A stretch of 63,353 bases of DNA, filler included, from Bipalium vagum (taxonomy: Eukaryota): the NCBI GenBank assembly GCA_037834085.1. It is 3 parts of 3 records of this genome, joined end to end, with 100 filler letters (N's around TTAATTAATTAA, not from the genome) between each part and the next. Parts side by side here need not be neighbours in the genome. Positions count along the whole stretch, not along the records: positions 47,532 to 63,353 come from JBBMKC010143721.1; 2 more parts are not named here. One strand, 5' to 3'. A program made the translations under genes and the position numbers. A model generated the notes under the pieces. The model did no database searches. It was given only the letters and a program-made list of their open reading frames with translations, and had not been told where the DNA came from. This document shows positions 51,981-63,353 of this stretch, piece after piece. Position 1 is the first letter of the stretch. Each line of letters begins with the position of its first letter.

Positions 51981-52619
51981 AATTAGTGAATAATGATAAA
52001 AAAAAATTTTAATTAAAAAATTTGATAAATTAATGAAAATCACAATGTTAAATAAATTAATCAGAGATATCGTGAGAAGTTGTTCATTATTATTATAAAA
52101 TTAATTTAATTGTAAATATATATAAATAAACTAAATTCTAAAATTCTAAAAATAACGAAGTGAAATCTATAATATTTATAAAATTTGATCTCAATGAAAT
52201 CATCGGGATTGATCGGCTTGCTATATAAGTGGATCAGTCCGCAAAAATTGACAAAAAACTGAAAGAAATTGAAAGACCTAAATTTATTTTTGAATTTTGG
52301 TGAGCATAGTCTCGTTATTATTGGTTAGAAGAATTATTGAAAATTGGTTATTTCTCCTTAGGAGATTTGTTATTATTTTTCAGAAAATTGTCAGAGGCTA
52401 CGTTCGTCAGAAGATATAACTAAAGTTGTGTTACAAGATATATTATTAATGAGCAGAAGTAAACTTAATTTCATAATTCCAGATTAACATTGGTCCCTTA
52501 TAGTTTGCCTGTCTTGAATTGAACCGTACTATTTCATCTCTCTGGTGAGCTTTTTTATGTTAATTGACTTTAATTTTTCTTTCTTTATTCGAATTATTAA
52601 TAATAATTTATTATACTTG

Positions 52620-52875
52620 TTTGGATCCATGCAGCATTTTTTTCCTGGATAGGCCTTTAATTCCTACGAAGATGTCAAAAAATGGATGGATCAATGGACC
52701 GATTCAAAGGATTAAGATTTATTTTACCACGGAATCCATTCTTTGCCCGAAAAGGGATCAAAAGTTGTACCTGTCAACGGATAATATTTTAACTGAAATA
52801 AATGTTTTGTTACATTGAAATAAACGGCTTCATTTTCATTAAAAAAAACGATTGGAACTAATTCTCATACCTAAT
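52620..52875 (+). mobile_element. mariner 3' remnant
   Basis: FNSYEDVKKWMD...FYHGIHSLPE...KVV...G.YF and TIR ...GGAACTAATTCTCATACCTAATA. Confidence 0.75.
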
Positions 52876-53278
52876 AATATTATTTAATTTATTATTTTGC
52901 TGTTGTTACTAATAATATATATTGAAAAAGTGAAGAGCAAATGAAAAATATGTTTTTGATCCTATTTAAAATTTTTCATCTATACAATATCTGGAAAATA
53001 CATATATAATATGGTAATGTTACCATTTTAAAAAGTAAGAAATCATCAAGGTTTCAATTTGATCTTTAAGGTATAATCTTGATTAACAAATGAATTTTCC
53101 AAAAAAAACAATGTGTAATAATCAAATTATATATTTTCTTACTGACATTCATAAATAAAGGTTTGTTTAATGTAACTATTAACTATTACTGCGTCCTATA
53201 TGAAAACTGATCACTGAAAGAGATTACAATGGCGATTTCTGCTGCTGAAGACGCCATCAGCTTTGAAATGGTAAATTA

Positions 53279-54360
53279 TTAGGTTGTTCATAAAGTTTTG
53301 AACTTTTTTTAAAGACACAAGTTGCCGACTTATTTATAAGTTGCCGATAATAGTTTATTGATTAAAATAAAAGCCATTAGCGTTTACACATTTTTGCCAA
53401 TGAATTGGTCGATTTTCTATTCATATACGATAGAATTCGGTAGACTTGCAGACAATGAACTGTTCAAATTCCCTTTTCAGCACCTCTTCGTCGTGAAATT
53501 TTTTTCCATTCAAATAATTTTGTAAATGTTTGAATAAATTGAAATCATTTAGAGAGAGAAATTTTTTCATACCCAGTATTTGCCTGCTGTTATCATTTCT
53601 CCCTTTTCCAGTTAATTGTAATGAATCACTCCTTTTGAACACCATCATACAGTATTCATTATCTTGTTTTCGTGTTGACTAGGTTTTGGGAAGGATTTGG
53701 GACATTCACAGATGTCTAACAGCTGTGTTGAACCTTTAATATTGTTATATAGCAACCATTTTTCATCACAAATAATCAGACGATGAAGAAGTGGCTTGTT
53801 TTTCATCCTCAAAATGAGTTCTGAGAATATCTCATAGCGCTTCGTTTTGTTTTTATGGTTACATCATTTGACACCCACGTCTCAGGCTTTTTTGTTATAC
53901 CTATTTTCTTCATATGACTGGAAACGGTTTCAATACTGGCATCCAGATTTTTGAAAAGTTTTCTTATTGTTGTTCATGTAGAGCCTTTAAATTCTTGTCA
54001 TCAAGTTTGAAAGGACGGCCAATTCGTGACTCATTTTCAAGGGATAAATCTTCATTAGGGAACTTCTGATATCAACATCGTACTGTTGACTAATTTACAG
54101 TATCATAGCCCCTAACTTAATTACAATTTCGATCAGTTTCAGCTGCTTTTGTACCGAGTCGAAACTCATAAAAATAAATTTGACGCAAATTAAAATGGGA
54201 AAAAGTTAATGAAATTCTAAATTAAAATCAAAACAGATTAATACTTTAGATTAATACTTTTCAGTGCTATATAATATTAAATAATTTTTAAATTAGTTAT
54301 TTAAATTATTTACAAGTTTAATGTATATAAACAAAACATGTGCATAACTTTTTGAACTAA
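53279..54360 (-). mobile_element. mariner element, near full length, decayed
   Basis: TA-flanked TIRs TTAGGTTGTTCATAAAGTT / CATAACTTTTTGAACTAA; DFNLFKHLQNYLNGKKF, WVSN linker and LENESRIGRP. Confidence 0.85.
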
Positions 54361-54959
54361 TATTATCAAGTAAAAATGACAAATATTTATTGACGAAATT
54401 AACTTTGAAATGTAATATACATGGAAACTACAACTTTTGGGAATACTTCATTTCTCAGTTTTCAATCATATAAAATTGTGATCTTTGCATTACAACATAT
54501 TTGCTTCAACTAGAAATCACGAAGATTGGCAACCTTTATTTTTCTCTTTTTTTAGTCTTAGAATTAATTTATTTAAAAAATAATATCTTGTTCTATTCTT
54601 TACAAAAAAACTTTGAGAATTAAAAATGCAAAAAACCAAAATTGAGAAAGATATTCACACCAGATCTTTATCAGAATCATTCTTTGAACAATGTGAAAAT
54701 TTAGAAATGATAAAAAATATTATTATTTTCAAACCGTCAATCTACTCTTTCTGAGAAACATTGAATTTTCCTAAGTAAATTTATTTATGTATAATTTTTA
54801 ATAATGACTGACATCTTAATTTTAATTTTCTTTAATAAGGAACATCTACATATATTGTCTATTACTTGTATTTTTATGAAAATTGAGAACATTAATATAA
54901 ATGTTTCATAAAGATTGTGATCCAAAAAAAATTTTTTTCTGTAATTATATAGTTCCACT

Positions 54960-56862
54960 TTTAAATTTTAAAAAAAGAAAACCTCCAGGATAAGGCTCAC
55001 TCTGGACGACTAATGGAGACCTATTGATGGCGACAGTTGAATAAAATCCAGTTACAACTGTTGGGTTTTGGAGCAATAATAATAATAATAATGATAATAA
55101 TAATAATAATAATAATATTTTTTTAATTAATAATAATAAATATTTTTTGTTAAAATTTTTTTATCAATTTTTTCTGATGACCAAATTTCGCCATGGGAAT
55201 TCTCGACAAATTAGGCTAATGGATTCCCTAACAGGATTCCACTAGCCTTGATATGAGTCTATCTCGGCGTGGAGATAGAGTTAATGGCTATTAGGGAAAA
55301 TAGCCGTCTCTAAACGAAGGGATTGGTGATCGTCGACCAATCTTTACGACTATAAAAGGAGACGGCTATTCCCAGAAAGTGGCCAGAAACGACGTGCAGA
55401 AAGACAAATAGGATATTATTTTTTGCCGAAGCCATTCCAATGATATTCTATTTTCGCCGAAGATATTTCAAGGATATTCTATTTTTGCCGAAGACATTTC
55501 AAGGATATTTTTTTACCGAAGACATTTCCAGGATATTTTAGCAGAAGACAGTACCAGGATATTGGCCGAGAACGATTCCAGTAATTATTTTTCTCAACAC
55601 TACGATTATACAGACGGAATTTACAAGGGGACCCAACGAGCTTGGGAACCCCTCGGCAACCTGAGAAAGGCAACCCCTTGTCGCTCTTGGTGAGATCGTT
55701 TTGATTGATTGATTTATTTCTCTGTTATTTTCTGAAAACGCGTTCGTAATCATTCCTTTCATCTTTTTTATTATAGCAGTAGTTGCGTTTATTTTTATCA
55801 TTATTTGTTTTTTTTATTTGGTGACATTTCACAGGACTTAGACTTATTAGAGACTTATAGTGGTGATCAGTATTTTAGGCATTGTGTTTTTTTATCAATA
55901 AATTTTTATTGTGGACGTCTTGATTCAGTTCTTAAAGGTGCGGATACGGTATTGTGGTGGGTGGTTTTGATTCAGATAAAATTGAGAGAGACGGACACAA
56001 AATTTTATAAAAGTGAGGAGTTAAGAGTACACGATCACACGTTACTACGTCTAAGTGTTATAGTAACACAACTGTTGTAAAAAATAGCTAATGAGCTTAA
56101 ATCAACTAAATCCACTATTGATCGACACCTAAAAAGACTTAACAAGGTTTCCAGAATCAGCCAATGGGTACCACACGATTTGTCGGAAAATAACCGAAGT
56201 CAACAGATTATTGTGTGTAAAAGTCTTCTTTCTCGGCTAAAGTTAGTCGTTTTTGAACCGGGAACGATAAGTGGATATTTTAAACCAATGTTAAAAGACA
56301 AATGCAATGGATCAATCCCGGGGAAACTGGAATCGCCCAGCCAAATGAGGTCTTCATCCCAGAAACATTGTATTGAGTGTTTGGTGGGATATGTGTGGAA
56401 TAATTTACTGCGAATTAAAGAATTCCAACCAAATCATTAATACGGAAGTCTATTGTAACCAGCTTGATCGTTTGAATCAGGCTCTTGCTGAAAAACAAAC
56501 CGCTTTGGTTAACAGAAGAAGGGTTCTCTTTCATCAAGATAACGGCCGCCCGTATGTTGTTACGTCAGAGAAACTCAGAACCTTGGAATGGGAAGTAATA
56601 AGCCATCCACTGTATTCGCCTGACATTGCCCCATCGGACTACCACCTATTCCGGATTGTACAAAACTATTTGGATGAATTAAAGATGGATATTATGGATG
56701 ATGTAAAAACGTACTTACCAAGTACTTAGATTCCAAATCTAAAGAAACACTTTGTACAGAACGGGGAAACATATTTTAGTTAATAAATTTTTTCCAAAAA
56801 TATTCTTTTTTGTAGATTAAAAATATGAAGAAAAAACCGCATTACTTATGGGATGACCTAAT
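54960..56862 (+). mobile_element. mariner element interrupted by a solo LTR
   Basis: NPVTT|V.KIANEL..TIDRHLKRL..QWVPHDLSE, VWWDMCGIIYCEL, VLFHQDNGRP and HPLYSPDIAPSDYHLF; 3' TIR CCGCATTACTTATGGGATGACCTAA|TA. Confidence 0.85.
55059..56068 (+). mobile_element. Solo LTR (1,010 bp) with 4-bp TSD
   Basis: TGTT...AACA termini; TSD CAAC at 55055-55058 and 56069-56072; removing it restores the mariner reading. TATAAAAG at 55351 and about six 24-31 bp tandem units AGGATATT..GCCGAAGAC at 55410-55580. Confidence 0.88.
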
Positions 56863-56863
56863 A

Positions 56864-57500
56864 TTTATTTGATTTTACAAAGGAGTTTCAGTCGTGGGAA
56901 GAAAGATAAAGTCAAGATATTTATTCGATTTTACGAAGGAGTTTTACCAAGGATTATTTGTTTTGTTGAAGAAGATTTGCAGAAGACTTCAATTATTCAA
57001 CGAAGATTATTGTCGAGGACAATTTCAATTTCAGTAATTTTATTTCTGTGCTATGACAATGAAAACGGGTTTTACAATGGAGCCCATCGAGCTTGGGAAC
57101 TACTAGGACGACCCGGGGACCCATTATCGCTCCGGGTGAGACAATTTTCGGTTTTATTTTTCTTTCTTTTAATCCTCGTTTAAATTTCATTTAAATTATA
57201 TTGTATTCATATTACATTTTGCTTTTAATTATACATTATTCTATTTTGTTTAACTTGACGTTTTTCTTGTATTCATTTGCGTAGACATTCGATCGACTTT
57301 TAACAATTGATCAGGATTTTGTTCATGATTTGTAAAAAAATTGAATTTTAATAAAGTTTTACTGTAATTGTTTTGATTCAATCGAGTGTAGCTGTAATAG
57401 TAAGACGAAAACAACATTGAATAGTGAGGAGTTATTGATTTCGATCGAAAGTTATACATTTCAGTTAAAGAAAATAGTAACATTATAATCATCATTCAAA
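56864..57500 (+). mobile_element. Partial LTR related to the 55059 solo LTR
   Basis: 57065-57140 aligns by eye with 55614-55694 (ACGG..TTTACAA.GG..CCCA.CGAGCTTGGGAAC...TCGCTC..GGTGAGA). Ends approximate. Confidence 0.55.
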
Positions 57501-60500
57501 CACTATTAAACTTATAAAGGGAATTTCTTTTGCACACAAAGTACTCTATAGATGTCCTCTTAATCATTTTCATTAATTCAAATCAAAGGATCACCTTTAG
57601 ACAGATACATATTCAAAATTGGATTTCCAGAAGGACTGATTGTAAATAGAAAATATTTTACACTCTCAACATAGTCACATTTTCAAATTTATTGGATAGT
57701 CATATTTAACAACCGAAAATATGTTGATGGATTCCAATGTACCTATTAATCCTAAAATAAGTGATTAAAGTTGTTAAAACTTAATCAAAACCCAATAAAT
57801 AGATAGTTATATTTAGCTGACGGAAATATTGTACTACAATTATAATTAAATTATAAATGAGATCTATTGCCTAATCCTTAAAAGGTTTTCAGAAAATACT
57901 TTAATTTATTGATTTTTACTTTAATATAATGTAAAAATATAAAATTGCACCTTTCTGGGATTCCAATTTTATAAATTAGTTATTTCTTGAAAATTGTATT
58001 AGTAAATTTCAATTGTTCAAAGATTTAGAAATCCATTAACTGAATATCCATTTCCAAATCTTCAAAATCTCGCATTTTATTCTAACATTGTCTCTTATTG
58101 TGAGTAGTTTCTTTTAGTTTCAATTACTATTAGATCTTCGCAACGTCTAGATAATTATTCATTTTCTTTACCTTCAGTCGACTGCTGATAAACGGAGTTC
58201 CTATTCACTGTATACAATTACATTCTCCTTCTTCAGAGACCTTGTAGTTGACTAGGCCTTGGAAAGGAAAATTAAATAATATATATGATCCAAAATGTAA
58301 TATAATGAATCAAGAAGAGAACAGCTTTATAATTAACGTGGTGTTTAGAAATAATTGATAATAATATTTGTAATTCTACCACACCATAATTAAAAAACAT
58401 TAAACATTCTTACATCATTTCAATTAATCTTGTCTATTAAATTATTAACCTTTTAAATGGACGATTTTTCTGTTATCAAATGTGAAACTGTGGGAGTCAA
58501 ACAAAATCAATTGAAAATGGAGTTACGTTCAATATTTCCTTTTCAGTAAATTATTTCATTAATAAATATTATTTTAAAAAATATTTTTATTCATTTTAAG
58601 TTTATTCAAAATTTTTTACATTTTATTTGATTGAAACAAATAAATAACATCTTTATGTGATAATAAAATGAAATTTAATTGCTTTAAGAAAATTTTTTTA
58701 ATTAAATGACCAATGAAATAAATATCATACTTTTTCTGCAACTGTCCTTGAATATTGGATGCGTTGAAAATAATCTAAGAAATATATTGATATTGAAGAT
58801 AAATGGAAAATAATAATACTAAGAGAGTAAAAATGGATTCGAATAAATGAGTCAAAACCATAGCTTTGATTTCAATTCCTTCCTTTAATATAAGTATGGT
58901 GAAATACAATAATTTCCAAAATCAATAAAAAATAAAATCATAAAAATAAATTAATACAACTAATTATAATCAATTATTATTGTGCTTCTTATACCACCAA
59001 GTGTGTTTTATGCAACTAGAAAACGCTGCTGATTTAATGGATTTTAAAACCAGATAAAAATCTTTAACAGAAATATTTTTAATGGTCCAAAAACCAAAAC
59101 AATTTATTGTTTAAAACTTAAAAAATTATAATAATATTATTTTTATCTTTTTATAAAAAATATTTATTTATATTCTTTTTTTTGAGAAAAATAATATTAA
59201 AATAAAATAAAATTATTTATTTATCAGTCAAAATATTAAAATAACAAAATTAAATTTTATTTTATATTTAAAGTTACAATTTATAATAATCTGAATCTGC
59301 ATCCAGTTTAAATAAACCAGTCTTTAAATCTCAATTCGTTAATATTTACGATAACGTTTATTATTATTATTTCTGCGACTCTGATCAGCTTCCTTTTTAT
59401 CTGAACGAAGCTGAATTAAATAATAACTTTGGTAAATTGCTTTTAATGAAAATTTTTATTGTCAAGTATTAAAATTAATGGCATTACTGAGATTGCCGCA
59501 AGCGAAATGTGATGTCTTGTGGCTGAAGTCAGGCTATTGTCCTATCCGAGATAATTGTTTCTCCGCTATTGTCAAAAGTGTTTTTATTTAGTTACCATCA
59601 CACTCAAAGAAATATTTTAATTTATCTTCCATTTGGAATTATTAAAAAGTTTATTCTCTTTTAATTTGAAACTTAGCCTGTAGTAAGAAATCATGGTAAC
59701 TTCATTAAGTAATATTGGGGTTTGGTTTGGATGCTCTGATTTTTATCTCGAGTCATTTTTGTGTCACTTTTTTTTTAATATCATTTGCATCAAGTTTATT
59801 ATATTCATTCATAGCTATCGTTAATCATAAAATGAGCTATTATTATAAATCTTATTATAAATCAGGAATTTTCATTGAAATATTACTGCAGACTGTGGTC
59901 TAATCTTGATTATATTTTGAAATGAATGCCTTCATAGTTGCACATGAAACTGAAGATTATGTTCATTAACCTTCATAAGCTAACATTGATTTATTGCTCG
60001 TAAGGTTTTGAGAAAGAGTTATTTTCAAAGTTTTATTTGAGTTATTATTGTCAACGTCAATATATTTCGTTCTACTTAGACTAAAGCTACACTATGTTCA
60101 ATAATTATGATTTTAATTAAATTTTATTTTACGACATTACTTGCAGCGTGTACAAAAAAATAAAATCCGACCGACTTCATTCAATTTTGACAAAGGAAAA
60201 TAATCAAACAGTTGAAAAAAGGTTGAGAAATCAACCAATTTTTCAATTTGACAAAAAATAAGCGTCATTTTATGCCGTTGCTAAAATTCTATTAGACGAG
60301 GGAAATTGATTTCAGAACAGACGATTTTGATAAAAGAATAAATAATGTTTGTGCAGTTCGAAAATGCTTATTTCATGGTTAATAAAATATGGTGCGACTT
60401 AAGTAAGCTCATGCTAAATGGAGTGATTAACCGCTATAATTCCTGTTATTGAAGTTACTCTAACCCTTAAAAACAATTCATCTGAGTGACTCAAGTTTTT

Positions 60501-63234
60501 TGGCTAACACCTTGGTGCTTTTTAATTTCAGATGTTACCTAAAATATGTTCCTTAATATGTCATACCTTGAGATTCTTAACGATTTGCATGGCCTAAACT
60601 AACTAATGGTACTTAAGTACTTACAAAGCGATGTGGCACTAGCACACTATTTGCATATGCTAAAAAAGTGGTTGAACAGAAAAGTTCACAATCTTTGGAT
60701 TCAAAGACAAGATTCAATTGAGTTTCATTCTGGATCAAACTGAACTAGACTTCTTGTGAGGTTATCTAAAGTACATTGTGTACAGAAACCGATCTACAAT
60801 CATTGCGCTTAAAGATGAAATCAATCGACCGTGTATCGAGGTAAGCATTATAATGTGTCAGCGAGTGTTCCTAAATCTAGTGTCTAGATTCCGGTCTAAC
60901 TATAAACGGGTTTCAGATTATAATTATTATCAAATATTATAAATTTCTTTAAAATAAAAAAATTAAGCAAATAGAGAATTTTATTTTCCCCATTATTTTA
61001 GTCAAAATATGTCATTTTTTCTTAAAATAAACCTTTAATAAATTAAATTTAAAAGATTTGAAAAAAATTTTTGATACATAATTCTTCAAATTCACACACA
61101 GTAAAGTGTAAAATTTTAAGATTTTTGTAATAAGACCATAAATCTCTAAGTTTTGTGTTACTTTGGCTAATAGCTACCAAAAATGAACCCTAAATATATC
61201 TTAACATTTAATACATTTAATTAATTTACAAAATAAGAAACAAAAGACTCCAAAAGTTAATTGTATCTTTCGCTTAGCAATAAGTTAAAGATAAATTATC
61301 CAAGTTTTCCTTTATCATAAATTTCTATTATTAATAAAGTACAAAACCAAGGTTCTTTGATTCAACATTAATATTTATAAATACATATAATTGGACCTAT
61401 TTTAACAGGATATTAATTTTATTTATTAATTAAATAATTATTTATTTTTATTAAATGCATCAAATAACTTACTTGAAGTTTCAGTGTAACATAAAATTCA
61501 AGAAATAATAAAAGATACCTGTAAAAATATCCAAATTCACTTCATCGACCAATCAGTTAAACGTAAATAAACTTTATACTATGTACAGTTTAGAAAATTT
61601 CATAAATAAATAAATTGGCATAACGTTTTGTTATTTCGTTTCTTAGAAAACTATTTGTAAAATTTCCTTAGAAATGCAATATCGACACGAAGGGCCCTGG
61701 TATTATACACGGGTTCCATCTTTCCCACTAATTACAGAAACATCTTTTAAGTAACATGTTCACCACCACAAAATATTTATTTCAATAAATATTAGAAAAA
61801 AATGAAATTTTGTTTAAATTTAATTATTATAATGAAAAATGTGAAATTATCAATTGATCTTGCTGACAAGCCTATTTCATCAGTCTTAATAGGTAGCATA
61901 GTATATTTCAGTCTGCAACATAATTATCGACTCAGTGTGGAATACATAATATTTTTATTACCGTCTTTGATTTTCTATCAATAGAAATAGTGTTTTCCTA
62001 AGTTTTATAATATTATTACATGCTGAAGTAAGAAATAGAAAAAATCTCAGAACAATACTAGGCATCATTAAGCTATAGCAGAATTATTACAGTTTCTCAT
62101 ATTAAAATAAATATAAAGCCACATTTATGCATAAATTTAATTTTCAAAATAATATAACAATAGCTTCTAATATATATGTAATATTTTTAATTATTTAAAT
62201 TTTATTATATTCTCATGGCAACGAATTTTAAGTACTTTGATTTCAGACAGGAAGTGCTTAGTAAGATATTCCATCTATATTTCTGATCTTTAGTTTATAA
62301 GTTATTAATAATGATAAATATTTTTATTATTAATATTATTTTGGGGATCCAAGAAATAAAATTCCAATCAGAGCTGGAGGCAAATCTGTGAAATCAAAAG
62401 TTGAAAAAAAATCAACTTTGTTATACTGATTGTTGACATTAACATGAACTATTTTGAGTTTGAGGATAATGAATTATTTTGATTATTATTATTATTGACA
62501 TATTATCATTAGCATTGACGTTTTTAGGTTTATAGTTGTGTTCGTTAATAAATAACGTTATTAACAAAAAAATCAATAGCACGTAAGCACTTTTATTCAA
62601 TCAACATATACAATATCTATAGCTATAATGTTTTAGTATTGCCACACCAAAAAAAATCTCAACTTACAACCAGAAATATTAGATGTAAATGTCTCCAGGT
62701 ATATCTTTAGCTTCCAATTCTCAAAAATCTAAGAAACAACAATATCAGAAAATAAGCAAAAAAATTAAAATATTAAAAATCGATTATCGTACTTAAAACA
62801 GACATTATCTGAACCTGACTTCCACTCAGGCTCCAAGGTTTATAGCCCGGTCTATAAACTCACCTGTAACACCAAAACCTCGAAAGTGGCTTGTACACAA
62901 TTCTTGTAGTAAGTTAGAATCTGTCATACTTCACCTTTCTTCAAAATTAATTTTGTTTACCTTTTTTCACAATTAATCGACTTTTTCGAATTTAATATTT
63001 TTCTTCTCCAACTCTTCAGTTCTAAGATCTGTTATATCAAACCAGCAACTATCAAAACTGTGAGTCTATTAGATACAATACAGAATTATTTATCTCATAG
63101 CTCTAATCTTTGCTAATTTAGCTAACTATGAAAACCAAACTCGGAGAAATTTAAGGTCCATCTGGAAGTAATAGAGCATAAACTTTTATAATTAAAAATT
63201 ATTTTTCTAGAACTTATTACTATTATCATCATTA

Positions 63235-63280
<46 letters not shown>
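63235..63280. repeat. (TAT)n microsatellite
   Basis: About 15 perfect units. Confidence 0.9.
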
Positions 63281-63353
63281 GTTAAGATCCTAGAGAATGA
63301 TGGACAAAAGGATGTTAAAGGTCGGAGCTTAAATGTCTCTCAGGTCTCAACGG

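Noticed and set aside
53221-53275. CTGAAGA...GAAA hammerhead candidate
   Set aside because: No stem II or NUH geometry; better explained as a transposase C-terminal remnant (ISAAEDAISFEMV).
55410-55580. Regularly spaced repeats resembling a CRISPR array
   Set aside because: Units are degenerate and directly tandem with no unique spacers, lie inside an LTR, and there are no cas genes; the context is eukaryotic.

Overview
This is very AT-rich, intron-containing animal genomic DNA, not prokaryotic. The 43-64 nt mini-introns, (ATT)n microsatellites, dense decayed mariners and a 5-HT7-type receptor suggest a planarian flatworm, which is inference only. Two identical 100-bp artificial spacers (44 N + TTAATTAATTAA + 44 N) split the window into three contigs: 1-19052, 19153-47431 and 47532-63353. 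Two host genes can be reconstructed by hand, both on the + strand. One is a 5-HT7-like serotonin receptor (exons 351-1349 and 1397-1478; the exon finishing TM7/NPxxY was not found). The other is a Nup210/gp210 nuclear pore glycoprotein (22 phase-consistent GT-AG exons, 26151-46038, about 1,928 codons; transmembrane/tail exon not found). Most of the remainder is transposon debris: mariner, Tc1, maT, rosa, pogo and IS630-like DNA transposons, solo LTRs, a Gypsy gag with PBS and a Penelope-like RT. A dense 6-kb cluster (19.2-25.2 kb) joins Gypsy gag, an R2/NeSL-type RT C-terminus, a Polinton/adintovirus-type DNA polymerase B and a decayed ORF with a Zn finger plus two tandem Ulp1-like protease domains. 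I found no intact novel system. The best leads are the double-protease ORF, a Tc1/IS630 derivative whose TIRs are built of 21-bp tandem repeats, a conserved GC-rich LTR motif ending in a splice donor, and a degenerate hammerhead-like motif.
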